Shown one piece after another: positions 42,669 through 51,511 of a stretch of DNA of 64,000 nucleotides. The stretch is from the NCBI GenBank assembly GCA_963846365.1, contig CAWJVN010000008.1, positions 120,072 through 184,071 on the forward strand. Reading direction: 5' to 3'. Every line of letters starts with the position of its first letter. Position 1 is the first letter of the stretch. Under the pieces are notes generated by a model. That model was not told where the DNA came from, did no database searches, and was given only the letters and a program-made list of their open reading frames with translations. Position numbers and translations under genes: made by a program. This DNA is from an uncultured Chloroflexia bacterium (GTDB lineage Bacteria; Chloroflexota; Dormibacteria; Aeolococcales; Aeolococcaceae).

Positions 42669-43596
42669 CGGCGGCTGGCTCGCCTCGTGGCCGGGGGCGC
42701 GGCGCGACGAGCCGCTCGCCCGCCACACCCAGTTCGGCATCGGCGGCCCCGCCGACTGGCTGGTCACCGCCGGCGACGCCGCCGGCCTCGCCGAGCTGCT
42801 GCGCCGCAGCCACGCCACCGGCGTGCCGGTCTTCCTCCTCGGCGCCGGCAGCAACACCCTGGTGCTCGACGGCGGCATCCGCGGGCTGGTGGTGCGCCTC
42901 GGCGACCGGCTGCGCCGCTGGCGGGCGCTCGAGCCCACCACCGTCGAGCTCGGCGGCGGCTGCATGATGCCCCGCGCCGCGCTCGACCTCGCCCGCCGCG
43001 GGCTCGCCGGGCTCGAGTTCGGCATCGGCATCCCCGGCAGCTGCGGGGCGAGCGTGCGCGGCAACGCGGGGGCGTTCGGCACCGAGATCAAGGACGTGAT
43101 CCTCGACTGCGAGGTGCTCGACGCCGCCGGCGAGCGCAGCACCCTCACCGCCGCGGAGTGCGGCTTCGCCTACCGGCGCTCGCGGCTCGTCGACGAGCTC
43201 GCCGGCGGGGTGGTGGTGAGCGCCCGCTTCCGGGTGCACGCCGACGACGCCGCCGCGGTGCGCGCCCGCACCGACGCGATCACCGCGCAGCGCAAGGCGG
43301 CGCAGCCGTGGGGGACGCGCAGCCTCGGCAGCGTCTTCAAGAACCCCCCCGGCGACCACGCCGGCCGCCTGATCGAGGCCGCAGGGCTCAAGGGACGGCG
43401 GGTCGGCGGCGCCGAGATCTCCGTCAAGCACGCCAACTTCATCCTCAACGCCGACCACGCCCGCGCCGCCGACGTCCTCGCCCTCGCCGACCTCGCCCAC
43501 GACACCGTGCTCGAGCGGTTCGGTGTCGACCTCGAGCGCGAGATCGTCTGCGCCGGCGAGCCCGGCCCCTGCTCGGCCGCGGTGGCGGCGCGATGA
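42661..43596 (+). CDS. murB: UDP-N-acetylenolpyruvoylglucosamine reductase
   Basis: IGGPAD, LGAGSN, GIPGS.G..RGNAGA, GSVFKNP, KHANFI. Confidence 0.96.
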   Translation: MTDGGWLASWPGARRDEPLARHTQFGIGGPADWLVTAGDAAGLAELLRRSHATGVPVFLLGAGSNTLVLDGGIRGLVVRLGDRLRRWRALEPTTVELGGGCMMPRAALDLARRGLAGLEFGIGIPGSCGASVRGNAGAFGTEIKDVILDCEVLDAAGERSTLTAAECGFAYRRSRLVDELAGGVVVSARFRVHADDAAAVRARTDAITAQRKAAQPWGTRSLGSVFKNPPGDHAGRLIEAAGLKGRRVGGAEISVKHANFILNADHARAADVLALADLAHDTVLERFGVDLEREIVCAGEPGPCSAAVAAR

Positions 43597-44561
43597 GCCC
43601 GCGCCGGGTGGCCGTGGTCTGCGGCGGGGCCAGCAGCGAGGCGGCGGTCTCGCGCGACAGCGGCGGCCAGGTGCTCGCCGCGCTGCGGGCCCGCGGCCAC
43701 GACTGCACGCTGCTGGAGTGCGATCCCGACCTTCCCGCGCGGCTGCGGGACGGCGGCTACGAGGTGGCGTTCCTCGCGGTCCACGGCCGTTTCGGCGAGG
43801 ACGGCGTCGTCCAGGGCACCTGCGAGCTGCTCGGCATCCCCCACACCGGGAGCGGGGTGCTCGCGTCGGCGCTCTGCTTCGACAAGGCGACGGCGAAGCG
43901 GCTGCTGGTCGCCGCCGGACTGGACACCCCGGCATGGCGGCTGGTGCGCCGCGACCTCGACACCGGGGCCACCGCGGTGGCGATCCACGCGGCGGCGGCC
44001 GAGCTCGGCATGCCGCTGATCGTGAAGCCCAATCGCGGCGGCTCCACCATCGGGCTCACCGTGGTCCGGGACACATCCGGCCTGAACTCCGCCTGGTCGG
44101 CGGCCGCAGAGCACGACCACGTGCTCTGCGAGCGGATGGTCAGCGGAACCGAGATCACCATTGGTATCCTGGGCGCCGATCCGCCCGAGGCACTGCCCAC
44201 CCTCGAGATCGTCTCCCACCGTCCCCTCTACGACTATGCAGCGAAGTACACCGCGGGTCAGAGCGAGCACATCATCCCGGCGCGTCTCCCCGAGCCGCAG
44301 CGGGTGCGCGCCCAGCACGCCGCGACCGCCGCGCACGTCGCCCTGGGGTGCGAGGGGATGTCCCGCGTCGACGTCATCGTCGACGCCGCCGGGGTGCCCT
44401 GGGTGCTGGAGGTGAACACCACCCCCGGGCTCACCGCGCTCTCGCTGCTCCCCGACGCCGCGGCCGCCGCCGGCATCCCCTTCGAGTCGCTCTGCGAGCG
44501 CATCCTCGAGGACGCGCTGCAGCGCCACCGGCCCGGCTGTCCCACCGAGGTGGGCGGATGA
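43593..44561 (+). CDS. ddl: D-alanine--D-alanine ligase
   Basis: GGASSEAAVS, HGRFGEDG, KPNRGGSTIG, YDYAAKY, LEVNTTPG. Confidence 0.95.
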   Translation: MSPRRVAVVCGGASSEAAVSRDSGGQVLAALRARGHDCTLLECDPDLPARLRDGGYEVAFLAVHGRFGEDGVVQGTCELLGIPHTGSGVLASALCFDKATAKRLLVAAGLDTPAWRLVRRDLDTGATAVAIHAAAAELGMPLIVKPNRGGSTIGLTVVRDTSGLNSAWSAAAEHDHVLCERMVSGTEITIGILGADPPEALPTLEIVSHRPLYDYAAKYTAGQSEHIIPARLPEPQRVRAQHAATAAHVALGCEGMSRVDVIVDAAGVPWVLEVNTTPGLTALSLLPDAAAAAGIPFESLCERILEDALQRHRPGCPTEVGG

Positions 44562-45649
44562 GCCCCACCGACACCCGCCGCCGCGGCCAGGCCCGCGAGA
44601 CCGCCGCCCGCATCGTCGACGCGCCGCGGGTGCCGCGGCAGTTCAGCCTTGCGCCCGAGTCGGCGCTGCGCGGCTCCGCCCGCCGCCGCCTCCACGCACC
44701 CCGGTCGCGCGCCGCCCGGCGTCCCGCGCTGGTCGGCGGCAGCCGCGGGCGTGGTGCGGCCGTCCTGGTGTTCGCCGAGCTGGCGCTGCTGGTGGCGCTG
44801 CTGGTGCTGCCCACCTTCCACGCCGCCGGCATCGACGTGCGCGGTGCCCGGCTGCTCTCCCACCAGGCGGTGCTCGACGCCGCCGGGATCGGTGACACCC
44901 AGAGCATCTTCACGATCGACGGCGAGGTGGTCCGTCAGCGGCTGGAGCGGCTGCCCTGGGTGCGCCGCGCCTCGGTGGAGACCGAGCTGCCCGCGACGGT
45001 ACGCATCACCATCGTGGAGTGGGAGCCGGTGCTCGAGGTGCGCCGCGGCGGCACCAGCGTGCTGGTCGCGGGCGGCGGCGCCATGGTCGACCGCCGCTCG
45101 GTGCGGTCCACCGCGCTGCCCCCGGTACCGGTGCTGATCGACGAGCGCCCGTCCGCCTCCGGGGACGCGCCGCCGCTCGACGAGGCGCTGGTGCGGCTGC
45201 TGCCGGCGATCGCCGGCGGCTTCCCGGCCGCGGTCGGCTGCGCCGTCGCCGACTTCCGCTGGCAGAGCGACGGCCGCCTGGTGGTCGACTCCGCCTGCCG
45301 CTGGGCGGCGGTGCTGGGGCGGGCCGCGGCCCCCGCCGAGGTGGCGGCGATCCCCGGGCAGATCGCCGCCCTCGCGGCGTTGAAGGGCCGGCTCGACTTC
45401 GCCAGGCCCGACTTCGGCTACGTCGACCTGGAGGACGCCTCCGCGCCGGCGGTCGGCGGCAGGCCCGGCGAGGCCCGCCCCGCGGCCGCCGCCCCCGCGC
45501 CCGCGCCGGCGCCCCCGCCCCCGGCGAAGCCCGCGGCCGCCGCCACCCCGGCGCCCACGCCGAAGCCGACCCCGACCCCGACCCCGGCGCCGACCCCCAA
45601 GCCGACGCCCACGACCTACAGCTTCTCGGTGGGACCGCCCCGCCGCTGA
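44558..45649 (+). CDS. ftsQ: FtsQ/DivIB with Pro/Thr-rich C-terminal tail
   Basis: TM helix, POTRA (IDVRGARLLS..LPWVRRASV..LPATVRITIVE), YVDL motif. Confidence 0.85.
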   Translation: MSPTDTRRRGQARETAARIVDAPRVPRQFSLAPESALRGSARRRLHAPRSRAARRPALVGGSRGRGAAVLVFAELALLVALLVLPTFHAAGIDVRGARLLSHQAVLDAAGIGDTQSIFTIDGEVVRQRLERLPWVRRASVETELPATVRITIVEWEPVLEVRRGGTSVLVAGGGAMVDRRSVRSTALPPVPVLIDERPSASGDAPPLDEALVRLLPAIAGGFPAAVGCAVADFRWQSDGRLVVDSACRWAAVLGRAAAPAEVAAIPGQIAALAALKGRLDFARPDFGYVDLEDASAPAVGGRPGEARPAAAAPAPAPAPPPPAKPAAAATPAPTPKPTPTPTPAPTPKPTPTTYSFSVGPPRR

Positions 45650-45662
45650 GCGGGCGGCCCGC

Positions 45663-46076
45663 TCAGACCGGTGCGGGCCGGCCGGCGCGGCGCTGCTCCT
45701 CGACCAGCGAGCGGCGTGCCCGGAGGAGGGCGGCATGGGCACGGCGCAGCGGGCGGCGGTCCCGAGCGTCGAGCCGGCGGGTGATCTCCTCCTCGAGCTG
45801 CACCTCGACGGTGCGCAGCGCGGCCATCGCCCGGCGCAGTGCGTCGACGGCCTCCTCCTCCGCCGCATCGGCCGACTCCGCGACCCGGCCGTCCAGCTCC
45901 GCCTCGGCCCCGTCGGTGACCGGGCCGTCGACGAAGAGGCGGATCACCTCGCGGGCCCGCTCGACGCACTCCTCGACCGTCCCCCCGCTGGCGGCCCAGC
46001 CGGGGAGGTCGGCGACGGTGGCGATCATGCCCCCGTCCTCGGCGGCGGGCTGGACCACGATGGTGTAGGCGCGCAT
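45663..46076 (-). CDS. HicB-like antitoxin domain protein with helical C-terminus
   Basis: YTIVVQP.EDGG...VADLPG..SGGTVEECVERAREVIRL; GAGGAGG SD. Confidence 0.7.
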   Translation of the reverse strand: MRAYTIVVQPAAEDGGMIATVADLPGWAASGGTVEECVERAREVIRLFVDGPVTDGAEAELDGRVAESADAAEEEAVDALRRAMAALRTVEVQLEEEITRRLDARDRRPLRRAHAALLRARRSLVEEQRRAGRPAPV

Positions 46077-46193
46077 GGTGCCTCCTCGACCCGACCCGGG
46101 TCGGTCTGACGGTGCGGCGGCCCCGTTCCCCCTTGGGATCGCCATGGTGCGCGAATCCATGGCGGAGTCAAGGCTCCCACCGGGAGATGACCA

Positions 46194-47081
46194 CTACTGG
46201 GAGAGGAAGCTCCGAATCGCCGAGGCGGTTGCGGGGTGGGTCATCACCCCATAGTGGTTGGCGTCGACCTCGACGATCTGGGCCCCGGGGACGGTGCGCA
46301 GGAAGTGGTCGCGGTCGGCGGTGCCGACGACGTGGCCGCCGAGGGGGAGCAGCGGCCGGGTGGCCCGCACCAGCAGCACCGGCATGACCAGCCTGCCCCA
46401 CAGCGCGTGGGGATCGCGCCAGCCCCCGTAGGCCATGTCCTCGAGAACCGCCACCGGGTCGGTGCGGGGCCGGACCCCGCCGGCGTCGGCGACGAGCTCG
46501 TAGCGGAAGGCGCGGTCCCAGTACTCGTTCCAGGGGGTGACGATGCCGGTGAGGCGGACCCGCTCCAGGTACTGGTCGGCGGTGCGGCTGGGCCCGGCGA
46601 GGCGGCGCACCACCCGCAGGATGGCGGTGATCGCGAGCATGTCGGGGAGGCCGAGCCCGTCGACGAGGACGACGCGGCGGATGTCGGTGGGGTCGAGCCC
46701 CGCCATCTCCATGGCGACGAAGGCGCCCATCGAGTGCCCGATGACGTCGAAAGGGGGCCGGCCCAGCTGGCCGGCGGCGCCGAGCACGTCGCGGGCGTGG
46801 CGGCGCCAGCCGTAGGTGCCGGGAGGGCTGACGCTGCTGTGGCCGCGGCCGCGCAGGTCGAGGGCCACCAGCTGCCGCCGTCCTCCGCCGAGGCGCTCGC
46901 CGAGGAAGTCGAAGCTGCGCGAGTTGGCGCTGATGCCGGGGATGCCGACCGCGACCCGCCCCCGTCCGGGCCCGAAGCGGTGGGCGCGCAGCCGCCCCGA
47001 GGGCAGGATCAGGTCGAGCGCCGCCGGCTCCTGCCACTCGCGGTCCGGGCGCTCGACGCTGGTCAGCGGGGCCGCTCCCAC
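46194..47081 (-). CDS. Alpha/beta hydrolase; start uncertain
   Basis: PGISAN, ALDLRGRGHS, GHSMGA, ANHY. Confidence 0.88.
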   Translation of the reverse strand: MGAAPLTSVERPDREWQEPAALDLILPSGRLRAHRFGPGRGRVAVGIPGISANSRSFDFLGERLGGGRRQLVALDLRGRGHSSVSPPGTYGWRRHARDVLGAAGQLGRPPFDVIGHSMGAFVAMEMAGLDPTDIRRVVLVDGLGLPDMLAITAILRVVRRLAGPSRTADQYLERVRLTGIVTPWNEYWDRAFRYELVADAGGVRPRTDPVAVLEDMAYGGWRDPHALWGRLVMPVLLVRATRPLLPLGGHVVGTADRDHFLRTVPGAQIVEVDANHYGVMTHPATASAIRSFLSQ

Positions 47082-47947
47082 GGCCGCGCCGCCTGCAGGG
47101 CGCTGAGGATGGCGCGGGTGGCGGGGGAGCGGTTGAGCGTGTAGAAGTGGATGCCGGGGGCGCCACCGGCGAGCAGCTCGGCACACTGGAGCGTCGCCCA
47201 CGCCACCCCCAGCTGCACCACCGCGTCCGCGTCGTCGCTGCGCCGGAGCAGCGCCTCGCGCAGCCGGGCGGGCACCCGGGCGCCGAAGAGGCTGCTCTCG
47301 AAGCGCGAGAGCTGGCGCACCGAGGTGATCGGCATGATCCCGGGCACGATCGGCACGGTGATGCCCGCGGCCCTCGCCCGGGAGGTGAAGTCGGCGTAGG
47401 CGGCGTTGTCGAAGAAGAGCTGGGTGATGAGGAAGTCCACCCCGCTCTCCACCTTGAGGACGGTGTGGCGGAGATCCTCCTCCGGGCTCGCCGACTCGGT
47501 GTGCCCCTCCGGGTAGCAGGCGCCGCCGACGCAGAAGTCGTACTCGCGGCGGATCATCGCGGCCAGCTCGCTGCCGTGGTCCAGACCGCCCTCGACCGGG
47601 CGGAAGGCGCTCTCGCCCCTGGGCGGATCGCCGCGCAGCGCCAGCACGTTGTCGATCCCGGCGTCGCGGAGCGGGCCGAGGGTGGCGTGGAGCTCGTCGC
47701 GGGTGGCGCCGGCACAGGTGTAGTGGGCCATCGGCTCGATGCCGGTGGAGGCGCGGATCCGGGTGACCAGCTCCAAAGTGCGGGTCCGGGAGTGATTGCG
47801 GCAGGTGACCGAGACGAACGACGGCTCGAGCTCGCGGAGCTCACCGATGGTGCGGAAGAGCGTCTCGGTGCCCGCCTCGGTGTCCGGGGGGAAGAACTCG
47901 AAGGAGAAGACCGGCCGCCGCGTGGCCAGCATCTCGGTGATGCGCAT
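47063..47947 (-). CDS. metF: Methylenetetrahydrofolate reductase
   Basis: FSFEFFPP, FVSVT, LALRGDPP, YPEGH, ITQLFFD, PGIMPI, GIHFYTLN. Confidence 0.96.
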   Translation of the reverse strand: MRITEMLATRRPVFSFEFFPPDTEAGTETLFRTIGELRELEPSFVSVTCRNHSRTRTLELVTRIRASTGIEPMAHYTCAGATRDELHATLGPLRDAGIDNVLALRGDPPRGESAFRPVEGGLDHGSELAAMIRREYDFCVGGACYPEGHTESASPEEDLRHTVLKVESGVDFLITQLFFDNAAYADFTSRARAAGITVPIVPGIMPITSVRQLSRFESSLFGARVPARLREALLRRSDDADAVVQLGVAWATLQCAELLAGGAPGIHFYTLNRSPATRAILSALQAARPWERPR

Positions 47948-48015
47948 GGGCCGCTATCCTGCCCGATTTCGGCGCCGCCGCAGCCTCTCCCGCCCCCGTG
48001 CTACCTTCCGGCGCC

Positions 48016-49062
48016 ATGCTCGCCGCATATCTCGCCCGCACCGGCGGGGACGACCCGCTCGCCAATCTCGAGGTCGGTGACCTCCCCACCCCGGAGCCCC
48101 GCCCCGGCTGGGCGCTGCTGAAGGTCGAGGCCGCATCCCTCAACCACCACGACCTGTGGCTGCTCCGGGGCATCTCCGCCAGCCCCATCGAGCCCCCCCA
48201 GGTGCTCGGCACCGACGCCGCCGGCACGGTGGCCGCCTACGGACCCGACCCCCCCGAGGGGGCGCCCGAGGTGGGCTCGCCGGTGCTGCTCCACGCGGTG
48301 ATCAGCTGCGGCGTCTGCGCCGCCTGCCGCCGCGGCGAGGAGCTCTTCTGCCGCCGGATGGCGCTCTTCAGCGACCGTCCCTACGACGGCACCCTCGCCG
48401 AGTACGTCGCCGTGCCGGCCGCCAACCTGGTGTCCCGTCCCCCCGAGATCGACGCCGCCGAGGCCGCCTGCCTGCCCACCGCATATCTCACCGCCTACCG
48501 GATGCTCTTCACCCGCGCCGGGCTGCGGCCGGGGTCGACGGTGCTCATCCAGGGCGTCGGCGGCGGCGTGGCCAGCGCGGCGCTGGCGCTCTGCCGGGCC
48601 ACCGGCATCACCGCCATCGCCACCTCCCGGGACGAGGCGAAGCGCGCCGCCGCCCTCGAACAGGGCGCCGTCGCGGCGCTCGCGCCCGACCGCGGCGCCG
48701 CCAAGCAGGTGCTCTCCCTGACCGGCGGCGTCGACGCCGTCATCGAGACCGTCGGGGCCGCCACCTGGGACCTGAGCCTGCGCGCGGTGCGCCCCGGCGG
48801 CGCCGTGGTCGTGGCCGGCGCCACCTCCGGCGGCGACCCCCCCTCGCAGCTCAACCGGGTCTTCTACCGGCAGATCTCGGTGCTGGGCTCGACGATGGGC
48901 ACCCGGGCCGAGCTGGAGCGGTTGCTCACCCTGGTGCGCAGCTCGGGGATCCACCCCCGGATCGACCGCACCTACCCCCTCGCCGAGGCGCGCGAGGCGC
49001 TCCGGCGGATGGCCGCCGGCGAGCAGCAGGGGAAGATCGTCCTCGTCCCCCAGCCGGCTTGA
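48016..49062 (+). CDS. Zinc-binding alcohol dehydrogenase/quinone reductase (MDR)
   Basis: SLNHHDLW, LGTDAAG, CGVCAACRRGEELFC, TAYRML, GVGGGV, LGSTMG, GKIVL. Confidence 0.9.
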   Translation: MLAAYLARTGGDDPLANLEVGDLPTPEPRPGWALLKVEAASLNHHDLWLLRGISASPIEPPQVLGTDAAGTVAAYGPDPPEGAPEVGSPVLLHAVISCGVCAACRRGEELFCRRMALFSDRPYDGTLAEYVAVPAANLVSRPPEIDAAEAACLPTAYLTAYRMLFTRAGLRPGSTVLIQGVGGGVASAALALCRATGITAIATSRDEAKRAAALEQGAVAALAPDRGAAKQVLSLTGGVDAVIETVGAATWDLSLRAVRPGGAVVVAGATSGGDPPSQLNRVFYRQISVLGSTMGTRAELERLLTLVRSSGIHPRIDRTYPLAEAREALRRMAAGEQQGKIVLVPQPA

Positions 49063-49114
49063 CGCGACCCACGCATCCGGAATTCTCGCCTCTTCCCCGT
49101 CTCATTTTTCGTTC

Positions 49115-49143
49115 TTTACACCCGCCGGAGCCGGTGCTACCGT
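49115..49143 (+). promoter_or_regulatory. Sigma70-type promoter
   Basis: TTTACA(49115)-17 bp-TACCGT(49138) with TG extension; AT-rich upstream. Confidence 0.65.
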
Positions 49144-49149
49144 TGCCGG

Positions 49150-49227
49150 GCGTCCGCGGCCCGACAGGGGCCGCAGCCGGCAGGGCTTCATCAGCCAGGT
49201 GCAGTGATGAGGCCCTGTTTGCTGTTT
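49150..49227 (+). ncRNA. Candidate small RNA (~80 nt, two hairpins, terminator-like end)
   Basis: Upstream promoter; stems 49156-49174 and 49181-49217, followed by TTTGCTGTTT; no SD/ORF inside. Confidence 0.45.
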
Positions 49228-49244
49228 AAGGGCCCTGTTGGTGG

Positions 49245-49896
49245 GGGTGCCCGGGCAATCTCACATCCGTGGAGATGCCCGGGGATCTTCTCACACACGT
49301 TTGTACCGGGGGGAGGCTACGCCTCCCCCCGCTCAGGCCCAAGACATCGTGCGCTGGCGCGCCCGATGCCGGGGCCTACCCCCCTCCACGCCGGCACTCG
49401 CCGGCGACGCTCGCGTCGCTCGCTCTGCGTCTTCGCGCCGGGCGGCCGAGGTACCACGAGGAACGCTGCGCGTTCCTCACAACCACTGGCCGAGCGGCTC
49501 GGACGGGTGAATTGCTTGACCCCCGCAGCCGCACCCCGGTCCTTCCCGACGGCGACTCCTGCACGGCGCACAGCGCAGGCGTGAGGAACGCGGAGCGTTC
49601 CTCCCTGGTACCTCGGCGCCCGGCGCGAACGCGAAGATGAAAAGCGCGCGAACGCGCGCATCGGCCGGGAGTCCGGCCGTGGAGGGGGTAGCACACGGCA
49701 TCGGGCGCGCCAGCGCACGATGTCTTGTGCTGAGCGGGGGGAGGCTACGCCTCCCCCCGGTAAGAACGTGTGGCAGAGCTACCTGGTACCTCCACGCGTG
49801 TGAGATCCCCCGAGCAACAGCCTGGTACCTCCACCCGGCGCAGCTCCCCCGAGCAACAGCCGGGCATCACCACCCGCGTCAGATCCCCGAGCAACG
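49245..49896. repeat. Long imperfect inverted-repeat element (REPIN/MITE-like) built from the GATCT repeat family, locus C
   Basis: Arms about 49258-49480 and 49581-49806 are reverse complements (e.g. CAAGACATCGTGCGCTGGCGCGCCCGATGCCG); extra tandem units continue to 49896. Confidence 0.85.
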
Positions 49897-50058
49897 CCCC
49901 GATCCCGCCCTTGTCGGCCCCGTCTCAGCTTACTGACCCGCAGGTCACCACGGCCCAGATATGGTGCCGTCCTCACCCAGCAAACCCAGCATCTTGCGGT
50001 TTTGCCGCCGCGAGCCCCTATGCCCGGTGGCAGGCGGCGGGTATACTCGGGTCCCAAT

Positions 50059-51321
50059 GTGAGCCGTGCGCGCCGCGTCGCCGCCCTCGACCTGGGGACT
50101 ACGAAGGTCTGCTGCGCTGTGGCCGAGGTCGCCCCCGACGGGCTCATCGTCCAGGGAACCGGCGAGGCGCCGTCGCGGGGGATGCGCAAGGGCTCGGTGA
50201 TCGACATCGAGCGCGCCGCCGAGGCGGTGGCCGAGGCCGTCGACGCCGCCGAGCGGATGGCCGGGGTGGAGGTGAGCCAGGTGATCGTCGGGCTTGCGGG
50301 GGGGCACATCGCCTCGCAGGGGAGCCGCGGCCTGGTCGCCGTCGGCGCCGACGCCAAGCGCTCCCGCGAGGTCCGCGCCCAGGACGTCACCCGCGCCGTC
50401 GAGGCCGCTCGGGCGGTGGGGGTGCCCTCCGACCGCGAGATCGTCCACCTCCTCCCCCGCCACTTCACCGTCGACGGCCAGGACGGGCTCCGCGACGCGC
50501 TGGGGATGACCGGGATGCGGCTCGAGGTCGAGGCGCTGATCGTCACCGGCGCCACCACCGCCATCCAGAACGTGGTCAAGGTTGTGCACGAGGCCGGCCT
50601 CGACTGCGAGGACCTGGTGCTCCAGGCGCTGGCGTCGGCCGAGGCGGTGCTGTCCGAGGAGGAACTGGAGCGTGGGGTGGTGGTCGCCGACGTGGGCGGC
50701 GGGACCACCGACATCGCCGTGTTCTGCGGCGGCAGCATCGCCCACACCGCGGTGATCCCGGTGGGCGGCAGCCACGTCACCGGCGACCTCGCCGTGGGCC
50801 TGCGCAGCGACCTCGAGACCGCGGAGATCATCAAGCGCCAGTACGGCCACTGCCTGCAGCTCACCCTCCCCGCCGACGCCACCGTGACGATGACGCCGAT
50901 GGGCTACGAGGAGGCGGTGCAGGTGCCGCAGCGCTACCTCGCCGAGGTGATCGGGCCGCGCGCCCGGGAGATGGCGGCGCTGATCCTCGCCGAGATCGAG
51001 CGCGCCGCCAGCCCCGCCTCGCTGGCCGGCGGCATCGTGCTGACCGGCGGCGGCGCGATGCTGCGCGGCTTCGCGGAGATCGCCCAGCAGGTCACCGACA
51101 TGCCGGTGCGGGTGGCGACGCCCACCGGCACGGCGGGGATGGACGAGAACCTTCGGGGGCCCCATCACGCGACCGTGGTGGGGCTGCTGCGGTGGGGGGC
51201 ACGCGCCCGTGCCCGCACCAACGGCGTGCGCAGCAACGGGCGCGGCAACGGACACGGTCACAGCGCCGGCGACGACGGATTCAGCGAACGTTTTGGACGG
51301 TGGTTGCGTGAACTTTTCTGA
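50059..51321 (+). CDS. ftsA: Cell division protein FtsA
   Basis: [46 protein letters not shown]; TATACT at 50042. Confidence 0.96.
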   Translation: MSRARRVAALDLGTTKVCCAVAEVAPDGLIVQGTGEAPSRGMRKGSVIDIERAAEAVAEAVDAAERMAGVEVSQVIVGLAGGHIASQGSRGLVAVGADAKRSREVRAQDVTRAVEAARAVGVPSDREIVHLLPRHFTVDGQDGLRDALGMTGMRLEVEALIVTGATTAIQNVVKVVHEAGLDCEDLVLQALASAEAVLSEEELERGVVVADVGGGTTDIAVFCGGSIAHTAVIPVGGSHVTGDLAVGLRSDLETAEIIKRQYGHCLQLTLPADATVTMTPMGYEEAVQVPQRYLAEVIGPRAREMAALILAEIERAASPASLAGGIVLTGGGAMLRGFAEIAQQVTDMPVRVATPTGTAGMDENLRGPHHATVVGLLRWGARARARTNGVRSNGRGNGHGHSAGDDGFSERFGRWLRELF

Positions 51322-51511
51322 ACGCATGCGGCTCTATGGCCTCGGTTCCGGCGACGGCGACGGCGAGGTCGACACCCCCGCGGACCAGCGTCGGCGTCCG
51401 CGGGCGTCGGGGACCAACCACCGGTCGCCGCAGGGCGACACCACCACCGGAGGGGTGCGGGACGGGTACTCCCCGCAGCGGCCCCGATCGGAGATTCGGG
51501 AGGAGCTGCCG

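Noticed and set aside
49204-49936. ORFs within the inverted-repeat element as a transposase
   Set aside because: No DDE, HUH (Y1), serine or tyrosine recombinase motifs; the translations look non-coding.
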